DNA of 13,521 nt from a virus. Its lineage: Duplodnaviria > Heunggongvirae > Uroviricota > Caudoviricetes. This document shows positions 1 to 8,220 of this stretch, one piece after another; the first letter of the stretch is position 1; every line of letters begins with the position of its first letter. The DNA is taken from the IMG/VR virus record IMGVR_UViG_2526164613_000010; one strand, written 5' to 3'. The notes under the pieces were generated by a model. The model was not told where the DNA came from, did not search any database, and saw only the letters and a program-made list of their open reading frames with translations. The position numbers were made by a program, and so were the translations under genes.

Positions 1-1
1 G

Positions 2-628
2 GGCGGTGTCAAAATTCCGCACCTTTTCCCTGGTGATGATCTGAAACTACAGACTGCGCAGGATTCAGACAATGGATTTTCTGCGCTTGAACAGGCGCTG
101 CTGCGGTATATCGCCGCCGGTCTTGGCGTTTCCTACGAACAGTTGTCCCGTGATTACTCGAAGGTCAGTTACTCAAGTGCCCGCGCATCCGCCAATGAGC
201 CGTGGCGCTATTTTATGGGGCGGCGAAAATTTATTGCGGCCCGGCTGGCCACGCAGATGTTTTCCTGCTGGCTGGAAGAGGCACTTCTTCGGGGGATTAT
301 TCGTCCGCCACGGGCACGTTTTGATTTTTATCAGGCGCGATCAGCCTGGTCACGGGCAGAGTGGATTGGAGCCGGAAGAATGGCCATTGACGGGCTCAAG
401 GAAGTCCAGGAATCGGTGATGCGCATTGAGGCCGGACTGAGCACGTATGAGAAAGAGCTGGCGCTGATGGGCGAGGATTATCAGGACATTTTCCGCCAGC
501 AGGTCAGGGAATCTGCAGAGCGGGAAAAAGCCGGACTCTCACGTCCGGTGTGGATAGCGCAGGCGTATCAGCAGCAGATAGCGGAGAGTCGCAGGCCGGA
601 AGAGGAGACAACACCCCGTGAGACGTAA
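2..628 (+). CDS. B: Portal protein, 5'-partial (gene starts upstream of the window)
   Basis: Frame 2 is open from position 2 to TAA at 626-628. Translation (GGVKIPHLFPGDDLKLQTAQDSDNG...MAIDGLKEVQESVMRIEAGLSTYEKE...) matches the C-terminal third of lambda gpB as I recall it. The track ORF 143..628 is the internal-Met version of the same frame. Confidence 0.9.
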   Translation, partial: GGVKIPHLFPGDDLKLQTAQDSDNGFSALEQALLRYIAAGLGVSYEQLSRDYSKVSYSSARASANEPWRYFMGRRKFIAARLATQMFSCWLEEALLRGIIRPPRARFDFYQARSAWSRAEWIGAGRMAIDGLKEVQESVMRIEAGLSTYEKELALMGEDYQDIFRQQVRESAEREKAGLSRPVWIAQAYQQQIAESRRPEEETTPRET

Positions 629-926
629 TCTTTCACACATTATTGCCGCAGCATTCAATGAACCGCTGCTTCTGGAGCCCGCCTATGCGCGGGTTTTCTT
701 TTGCGCGCTCGGGCGCGAGATGGGGGCAGCAAGTCTTTCGGTACCACAGCAGCAGGTACAGCTTGATGCTCCCGGAATGCTGGCTGAAACGGACGAGTAC
801 ATGGCCGGAGGTAAACGACCGGCCCGTGTTTACCGGGTGGTGAACGGTATTGCTGTACTGCCGGTGACCGGCACGCTGGTGCACCGGCTGGGGGGATGCG
901 GCCATTTCCGGAATGACTGGCTATGA
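618..926 (+). CDS. C: Prohead protease/scaffold gpC, N-terminal segment in frame 0; frame is lost near the G6 run at 890-895
   Basis: GTG start at 618 overlaps the portal stop and follows GAGGAG at about 602-607. Translation RRNLSHIIAAAFNEPLLLEPAYARVFFCAL...NGIAVLPVTGTLV matches the lambda gpC N-terminus (NLPHIASMAFNEPLMLEPAYARVFFCAL...NGIAVLPVSGTLV). Homology then continues in frame +1, not frame 0. Confidence 0.75.
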   Translation: MRRNLSHIIAAAFNEPLLLEPAYARVFFCALGREMGAASLSVPQQQVQLDAPGMLAETDEYMAGGKRPARVYRVVNGIAVLPVTGTLVHRLGGCGHFRNDWL

Positions 927-1863
927 CGGCATTGTCGCCTGTCTTCAGCAGGCAATGGCAGATAGCCAGGTGCGGGGCGTACTGCTGGACATTGACAGTC
1001 CGGGCGGGCAGGCCGCCGGCGCGTTTGACTGCGCTGACATGATTTACCGCCTCCGTCAGCAGAAGCCGGTCTGGGCACTGTGCAATGACACGGCCTGTTC
1101 TGCAGCCATGCTGCTGGCGTCGGCCTGCTCCCGACGGCTGGTTACCCAGACATCCCGTATCGGCTCCATTGGCGTGATGATGAGCCATGTCAGCTATGCC
1201 GGTCATCTGGCGCAGGCCGGTGTGGATATCACGCTGATTTACTCAGGGGCGCACAAGGTGGATGGCAATCAGTTTGAAGCGTTGCCGGCAGAGGTTCGCC
1301 AGGACATGCAGCAGCGGATTGATGCGGCGCGCCGGATGTTTGCCGAAAAAGTGGCGATGTATACCGGGTTGTCTGTTGATGCCGTCACGGGAACAGAGGC
1401 CGCCGTTTTTGAAGGTCAGTCCGGCATTGAGGCCGGGCTGGCGGATGAATTAATCAATGCGTCGGATGCCATCAGTGTGATGGCCACGGCGCTGAACAGT
1501 AATGTCAGAGGAGGCACTATGCCGCAATTAACTGCAACGGAAGCCGCCGCGCAGGAGAACCAGCGAGTGATGGGGATCCTGACATGCCAGGAAGCGAAAG
1601 GACGTGAACAGCTTGCCACGATGCTGGCAGGACAACAGGGCATGAGCGTTGAACAGGCCCGGGCGATTCTGGCCGCGGCGGCACCGCAGCAGCCGGTGGC
1701 ATCCACGCAGAGTGAAGCCGATCGCATTATGGCGTGTGAAGAAGCGAACGGTCGTGAACAACTGGCGGCAACGCTGGCGGCGATGCCGGAGATGACGGTA
1801 GGAAAAAGTCCGCCCGATCCTGGCTGCTTCACCGCAGGCGGATGCCGGACCCTCACTCCGTGA
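913..1863 (+). CDS. C: Prohead protease gpC core (S49/ClpP-SppA-like serine peptidase) plus the start of the Nu3-like scaffold domain; frame-shifted relative to segments on both sides
   Basis: Translation MTGYDGIVACLQQ...GVLLDIDSPGGQAAGAFDCADMIYRLRQQKPVWALCNDTACSAAMLLASACSRRLVTQTSRIGSIGVMMSH...LIYSGAHKVDGN matches lambda gpC (MTGYNGIIARLQQ...ILLDMDTPGGMVAGAFDCAD...). Homology extends upstream of the ATG at 913 in this frame (GDAAISG), so the gene really begins at 618. Confidence 0.85.
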   Translation: MTGYDGIVACLQQAMADSQVRGVLLDIDSPGGQAAGAFDCADMIYRLRQQKPVWALCNDTACSAAMLLASACSRRLVTQTSRIGSIGVMMSHVSYAGHLAQAGVDITLIYSGAHKVDGNQFEALPAEVRQDMQQRIDAARRMFAEKVAMYTGLSVDAVTGTEAAVFEGQSGIEAGLADELINASDAISVMATALNSNVRGGTMPQLTATEAAAQENQRVMGILTCQEAKGREQLATMLAGQQGMSVEQARAILAAAAPQQPVASTQSEADRIMACEEANGREQLAATLAAMPEMTVGKSPPDPGCFTAGGCRTLTP

Positions 1864-1870
1864 TCAGATC

Positions 1871-2122
1871 ATGGCACTGGATGAGGCAAAAGGGGCTGAG
1901 GCGCAGGCTGAACAGCTGGCTGCCTGCCCGGGAATGACTGTGGAGAGCGCCCGGGCTGTGCTGGCTGCGGGATCAGGTAAGGCAGAACCGGTCTCTGCAT
2001 CCACAACCGCCCTGTTTGAACGCATCATGGCGAACCATTCACCGGCAGCGGTACAGGGTGGCGTGCCACAGACGTCAGCAGACGGTGATGCGGACGTGAA
2101 AATGCTCATGGCCATGCCATGA
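1871..2122 (+). CDS. nu3: C-terminal scaffold (Nu3-like) segment of the C gene, in a third frame
   Basis: Translation contains the motif EAKGAEAQAEQLAACPGMTVESARAVLAA, resembling the lambda C/Nu3 C-terminal motif CEEAHGREEQARVLAETPGMTVKTARRILAAAPQ. The frame is open upstream from about 1802 and continues the homology of the previous segment. Confidence 0.6.
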   Translation: MALDEAKGAEAQAEQLAACPGMTVESARAVLAAGSGKAEPVSASTTALFERIMANHSPAAVQGGVPQTSADGDADVKMLMAMP

Positions 2123-2158
2123 AGTCAGTGCTGATCATCAACAGGAGGTTTTTACAAT

Positions 2159-2506
2159 ATGGTAACGAAAACCATCACTGAACAGCGTGCGGAAGTACGT
2201 ATTTTTGCCGGTAATGATCCGGCTCATACCGCCACAGGCAGCAGCGGGATTTCCTCGCCAACACCGGCACTGACGCCCCTGATGCTGGATGAAGCTACCG
2301 GGAAACTGGTGGTCTGGGACGGACAGAAAGCCGGTAGTGCGGTTGGCATACTGGTACTGCCGCTTGAAGGCACAGAGACGGTACTGACGTATTACAAGTC
2401 GGGGACCTTTGCGACGGAGGCAATCCGCTGGCCTGACAGTGTGGATGAACACAAAAAGGCAAATGCCTTTGCCGGCAGTGCCCTGAGTCACGCGGCGCTG
2501 CCGTAA
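2159..2506 (+). CDS. D: Head decoration protein gpD
   Basis: AGGAGG at 2143-2148, ten nt upstream of the ATG. The 115-aa product (NDPAHTATGSS...TPLMLDEATGKLVVWDGQKAGSAVGIL...YYKSGTF...ANAFAGSA) closely matches lambda gpD. Confidence 0.92.
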   Translation: MVTKTITEQRAEVRIFAGNDPAHTATGSSGISSPTPALTPLMLDEATGKLVVWDGQKAGSAVGILVLPLEGTETVLTYYKSGTFATEAIRWPDSVDEHKKANAFAGSALSHAALP

Positions 2507-2514
2507 CACGTTAT

Positions 2515-2534
2515 CAGGCCACCGCGGTGGCCTG
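2515..2534. other. Perfect 20-bp palindrome CAGGCCACCGCGGTGGCCTG in the D-E spacer
   Basis: Read directly: the first 10 nt are the reverse complement of the last 10. It lies 9 nt after the D stop and 30 nt before the E start. No clear T-tract follows, so it is not a canonical intrinsic terminator. Confidence 0.4.
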
Positions 2535-2563
2535 ACTGATTTCTGAATGAAAGGAACTGATTT

Positions 2564-3592
2564 ATGGGATTGTTTACGACCCGCCAGTTACTCGGTTATA
2601 CCGAACAAAAAGTGAAATTTCGTGCGCTGTTTCTGGAGCTGTTTTTCCGCCGTACGGTGAATTTCCATACCGAAGAGGTGATGCTGGACAAAATTACCGG
2701 AAAAACGCCGGTGGCGGCCTATGTCTCCCCGGTTGTTGAAGGAAAAGTGCTGCGTCATCGCGGTGGTGAAACCCGCGTGTTACGTCCGGGCTACGTCAAG
2801 CCGAAACACGAATTTAATTACCAGCAGGCGGTTGAGCGCCTTCCTGGTGAAGATCCATCTCAACTGAATGATCCGGCTTACCGCCGTCTGCGTATCATTA
2901 CCGATAACCTCAAACAGGAAGAGCACGCGATTGTCCAGGTGGAAGAAATGCAGGCGGTAAATGCTGTGTTGTATGGCAAATACACGATGGAAGGAGACCA
3001 GTTCGAGAAAATTGAGGTCGATTTTGGCAGGTCGACGAAGAATAACATCACTCAGGGTAGTGGTAAGGAGTGGTCAAAACAGGATCGTGACACGTTCGAT
3101 CCTACACATGATATTGACCTCTACTGCGACCAGGCCAGCGGTCTTGTGAATATTGCCATTATGGACGGTACTGTCTGGCGTCTGCTGAATGGTTTTAAGC
3201 TGTTCCGCGAAAAACTGGATACCCGTCGCGGCTCAAATTCACAACTCGAAACGGCAGTGAAAGACCTGGGGGCGGTGGTGTCTTTCAAAGGGTATTACGG
3301 CGATCTGGCCATTGTGGTGGCGAAAACGTCTTATGTGGCAGAGGACGGTACCGAAAAACGTTATCTGCCGGAGGGCACGCTGGTCCTGGGAAATACGGCT
3401 GCAGATGGGATCCGTTGTTACGGTGCCATTCAGGATGCGCAGGCGTTGTCCGAAGGTGTGGTGGCTTCTTCCCGTTACCCGAAACACTGGCTGACCGTGG
3501 GCGATCCGGCCCGTGAATTTACCATGACGCAGTCCGCACCGCTGATGGTGCTGCCGGATCCGGATGAGTTTGTGGTGGTGCAGGTGAAATAA
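2564..3592 (+). CDS. E: Major capsid protein gpE
   Basis: AAGGA at 2551-2555 precedes the ATG. The 342-aa product (...GYVKPKHE...DPAYRRLRII...VEEMQAVNAVLYGKYTM...LDTRRGSNSQLETAVKDLG...TGDPAREFTMTQSAPLM.LPDPDEFV) is near-colinear with lambda gpE (341 aa). Confidence 0.95.
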   Translation: MGLFTTRQLLGYTEQKVKFRALFLELFFRRTVNFHTEEVMLDKITGKTPVAAYVSPVVEGKVLRHRGGETRVLRPGYVKPKHEFNYQQAVERLPGEDPSQLNDPAYRRLRIITDNLKQEEHAIVQVEEMQAVNAVLYGKYTMEGDQFEKIEVDFGRSTKNNITQGSGKEWSKQDRDTFDPTHDIDLYCDQASGLVNIAIMDGTVWRLLNGFKLFREKLDTRRGSNSQLETAVKDLGAVVSFKGYYGDLAIVVAKTSYVAEDGTEKRYLPEGTLVLGNTAADGIRCYGAIQDAQALSEGVVASSRYPKHWLTVGDPAREFTMTQSAPLMVLPDPDEFVVVQVK

Positions 3593-3597
3593 TCCGT

Positions 3598-3630
3598 GAG
3601 CGGGGGCGAAATGCCCCCGTGTCTTTTTTC
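3598..3630 (+). terminator. Candidate rho-independent terminator or attenuator directly after the major capsid gene
   Basis: GC-rich stem CGGGGGC (3601-3607) pairs with GCCCCCG (3613-3619) around loop GAAAT, followed by TGTCTTTTTTC with a T6 run at 3624-3629. Confidence 0.55.
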
Positions 3631-3643
3631 ACAGGGGGCTGAT

Positions 3644-4027
3644 ATGGCAACAAAAGAAGAAAATCAGAAACGTCTTCGTCAACTGGCTGGCCTGCTGGGG
3701 CGCGAGGCGGATATGTCGGGGAGTGCTGCGGATATTGCGCAACGTGTGTCTGAGTGGGAAGAGGAGCTTGCTGCTTCCCGGGAGGGCATTATGCCTGGTG
3801 ATGAGAGCGGGCCTGAGCAAAATCACACAGACGATGGTGAGCAGTTGCACAACACTGATGCTACGGATGATGTTAAAGCGGTCCGTGTGCGGAAATGCCT
3901 GCATGTGATGGGGTATTGCCCGGAGACAGGCCGTCCCGTTGAACTGACGTACCGGGGCATGCGTGTTCTGGTGCCATCACCACTGGCGACAGCCATGATA
4001 CAGCACGGAACGGCTGAGCATGCGTGA
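3644..4027 (+). CDS. FI: DNA-packaging / head completion protein gpFI
   Basis: ATG at 3644 follows a GGGGG Shine-Dalgarno-like run at 3634-3638. The acidic product MATKEENQKRLRQLAGLL... is similar in character and position to lambda gpFI. The track ORF starting at 3596 extends back through the terminator hairpin and is less likely. Confidence 0.8.
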   Translation: MATKEENQKRLRQLAGLLGREADMSGSAADIAQRVSEWEEELAASREGIMPGDESGPEQNHTDDGEQLHNTDATDDVKAVRVRKCLHVMGYCPETGRPVELTYRGMRVLVPSPLATAMIQHGTAEHA

Positions 4028-4373
4028 TTTTCAGAATGCCTTTGATGCTGCCCTCGCCGGGGTGGACAGCACGATTGTTGAAGTGATGGGGCTCTGTGCG
4101 CAGTTCACCTCGGGGGCACAGTGTGGCAGCGAAGTTCAGGGGGTTTTTGACGATCCGGAGTCGCTGGGGTTTGCCGGTGGCGGGGTCCGTATTGAAGGAA
4201 GCAGCCCGTCATTATTTGTGCGGACGGATACGGTTCGTGCCGTGCGGCGTGGTGACACGCTGACCATTAATGGTGAGATATTCTGGGTGGATCGTGTTTC
4301 TCCGGATGACGGGGGCAGCTGTTATCTCTGGCTCAACCGTGGTCAACCACCCGCAGTTAACCGGCGACGATAA
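4020..4373 (+). CDS. FII: Head-tail joining protein gpFII
   Basis: Product (...VFDDPESLGFAGGGVRIEGSSPSLFVRTD.VR..RRGDTLTI....FWVDRVSPDDGGSCYLWL.RG.PPAVNRRR) closely matches lambda gpFII. Overlaps the FI stop by 8 nt (ATGCGTGA). Confidence 0.92.
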   Translation: MRDFQNAFDAALAGVDSTIVEVMGLCAQFTSGAQCGSEVQGVFDDPESLGFAGGGVRIEGSSPSLFVRTDTVRAVRRGDTLTINGEIFWVDRVSPDDGGSCYLWLNRGQPPAVNRRR

Positions 4374-4388
4374 ACGCAGGGTGAAATT

Positions 4389-4922
4389 ATGGCGATAAAA
4401 GGGCTTGATCAGGCGATTGACAATCTGAGCCGGGTTCGTAAAAACGCCATTCCGGCGGCTTCAGCAATGGCCATTAACCGCGTGGCCACAACGGCGATTA
4501 ATCAGTCTTCATCACAGGTTGCCCGGGAGACCAGGGTGAGCCGGAAACTGGTTAAGGAACGGTCCAGACTGAAACGGGCGACGGTCAGAAATCCGAATGC
4601 CAGAATTATCGTTAACCGCGGTGATCTCCCTGTGATTAAGCTGGGGATCAGGATGCCGGGGCGTCGCCCGAACAGCATACTTAAAGCCGGTCAGCATCGG
4701 TATCAGCGGGCATTTATTCAGCGATTAAAAAATGGTCGCTGGCATGTCATGCAGCGTGTGGCCGGGAAAAACCGTTACCCCATTGATGTGGTGAAAATCC
4801 CGATGGCGGCCCCACTGAAACAGGCATTTGATGAGAATGTTGACCGTATCCGGCGTGAACGCCTGCCTAAAGAACTGGCATCCGCGCTGAAACAACAACT
4901 GAGGATTGCAATAAAACGATGA
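4389..4922 (+). CDS. Z: Minor tail protein gpZ (tail completion)
   Basis: MAIKGLDQAIDNLSR...AMAINRVA...QVARETRVSRKLVKERSRLKRATV.NP.ARI.VNRGDLPVIKLG...AFIQ.LKNGRWHVMQRVAGKNRYPIDVVKIPMA.PL...RIRRERLPKEL matches lambda gpZ. Confidence 0.92.
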   Translation: MAIKGLDQAIDNLSRVRKNAIPAASAMAINRVATTAINQSSSQVARETRVSRKLVKERSRLKRATVRNPNARIIVNRGDLPVIKLGIRMPGRRPNSILKAGQHRYQRAFIQRLKNGRWHVMQRVAGKNRYPIDVVKIPMAAPLKQAFDENVDRIRRERLPKELASALKQQLRIAIKR

Positions 4923-5314
4923 AACACACTGACATTCGTGCCGCAGTGCTGGATGCACTCGAGCAGCATGAACACGGGGCGACGCTGTTTGATGGTCGCC
5001 CCGTTGTTTTTGACGAAGAGGATTTCCCTGCGATCGCGGTTTATCTGACGGATGCAGAGTATACCGGTGAAGAGCTGGATGCAGATACCTGGCGGGCCAC
5101 GCTGCATATTGAGGTGTTTTTACCGGCACAGGTACCGGATTCAGAGCTTGATCAGTGGATGGAAAGCCGGATTTACCCGGCGATGACCGCGATCCCGGCA
5201 CTGGCAGGACTGATTACCACGATGGTTACGCAGGGCTATGAGTATCGTCGTGATGACGATATGGCGTTATGGAGTTCTGCAGATCTGACTTATTCCATTA
5301 CATACGAGATGTGA
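4919..5314 (+). CDS. U: Tail terminator protein gpU
   Basis: [93 protein letters not shown]...[13 protein letters not shown] matches lambda gpU. ATGA overlap with the Z stop. Confidence 0.93.
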   Translation: MKHTDIRAAVLDALEQHEHGATLFDGRPVVFDEEDFPAIAVYLTDAEYTGEELDADTWRATLHIEVFLPAQVPDSELDQWMESRIYPAMTAIPALAGLITTMVTQGYEYRRDDDMALWSSADLTYSITYEM

Positions 5315-5321
5315 GGACGAT

Positions 5322-7335
<2,014 letters not shown>

Positions 7336-7348
7336 ACGGAGGTCATAC

Positions 7349-7780
7349 ATGTTTCTGAAAACCGAACAATTTGAATATAACGGTGTGTCTGTCACGCTTT
7401 CCGAATTGTCTGCGCTGCAGCGTATTGAGCATCTTGCCCTCCTGAAACGGCGTGCAGAACAGGCAGAATCCAGCGGCAACCTGCAGGTAAGCGTGGAAGA
7501 TCTCGTCAGAACCGGCGCGTTTCTGGTGGCGATGTCCCTGTGGCATAACCATCCGCAGAAAACGGCATCACCGTCAATGAATGAGGCCGTGATGCAGATC
7601 GAACAGGAGGTGCTCACCACCTGGCCTGCGGATGCCATTGCCCGGGCGGAAGATGTGGTGTTGCGTCTGTCCGGGATGAGCGGGGCTGTTCATGCGGATA
7701 CTGATAGCACCGAAGTGGCGAAAAATAACGCGCTGACTGATGATGATTTTTCTGCGGGAAAGTCTTCGACGGCGAGCTGA
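7349..7780 (+). CDS. G: Tail assembly chaperone gpG
   Basis: GGAGG at 7337-7341 precedes the ATG at 7349. MFLKTEQFEYNGVSVTLSELSALQRIEHLAL.KR.AEQAES...VED..RTGAFLVAMSLWHNHPQKT..PSMNEAV.QIEQEVLTTWP matches lambda gpG. The track ORF start at 7277 overlaps V and is not used. Confidence 0.92.
   Translation: MFLKTEQFEYNGVSVTLSELSALQRIEHLALLKRRAEQAESSGNLQVSVEDLVRTGAFLVAMSLWHNHPQKTASPSMNEAVMQIEQEVLTTWPADAIARAEDVVLRLSGMSGAVHADTDSTEVAKNNALTDDDFSAGKSSTAS
7756..7762 (+). other. Programmed -1 frameshift slippery heptamer G GGA AAG producing the gpG-T fusion
   Basis: In the G frame the codons are GCG GGA AAG, five codons before the G stop. The -1 frame is open from here into the T ORF (GKVFDGELNFALRLAREMGRPDW...). 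Same heptamer and position as the lambda G-T shift. Confidence 0.85.
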
Positions 7781-7806
7781 ATTTTGCCCTCAGACTGGCG
7801 CGTGAG

Positions 7807-8220
7807 ATGGGGAGGCCTGACTGGCGCGCCATGCTTGCCGGGATGACATCCACCGAATATGCCGACTGGCGACATTTTTACCGTACGCATTATTTTCACG
7901 ATACCCAACTGGATATGCATTTTTCCGGGCTGACGTACGCCGTACTCAGCCTGTTTTTTTGCGATCCGGATATGCATCCCTCTGATTTCAGTCTGCTTGT
8001 CCCCCGGCATGAGGAAGAGCAGGTGGAGAGGCCGGATGAGGACAAAATGCTGATGCAGAAAGCGGCAGGACTTGCCGGAGGCGTCCGGTTCGGTGGGGAC
8101 GGAGGGCGCGATATTTTATCGTCTGCGGATGTGGCGGATGTCATGGTGGATGATGCCGCATTAATGATGGCTTCAGCGGGGATTCCGGGAGGTGTGAGAT
8201 ATGTCCCAGCCGGTTGGTGA
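7807..8220 (+). CDS. T: Tail assembly chaperone gpT ORF, expected to be expressed only as a G-T fusion (7349..7762 joined in the -1 frame to 7762..8220)
   Basis: REMGRPDWRAMLAGM.STEYADW..FY.THYFHD..LDMHFSGLTY.VLSLFF.DPDMHP.DFSLL...LMQKAAGLAGGVRFG.DG...ADVAD...DD..LM..S.GI.GGVRY matches lambda gpT. There is no independent RBS; the first in-frame Met is at 7807. Confidence 0.88.
   Translation: MGRPDWRAMLAGMTSTEYADWRHFYRTHYFHDTQLDMHFSGLTYAVLSLFFCDPDMHPSDFSLLVPRHEEEQVERPDEDKMLMQKAAGLAGGVRFGGDGGRDILSSADVADVMVDDAALMMASAGIPGGVRYVPAGW

Noticed and set aside
72-419. 115-aa plus-strand ORF overlapping the portal gene in another frame
   Set aside because: The portal frame (frame 2) carries the lambda-gpB homology across this whole region; this is an alternative-frame artefact.
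655-1206. 183-aa minus-strand ORF (and 1416..1856 minus) antisense to gene C
   Set aside because: Antisense to the S49 protease homolog; low-complexity translation; no independent support.
3596-3643. Upstream alternative start for FI at 3596
   Set aside because: It would translate through the terminator hairpin and has no RBS. The ATG at 3644 has a G-rich Shine-Dalgarno and aligns with the lambda gpFI N-terminus.
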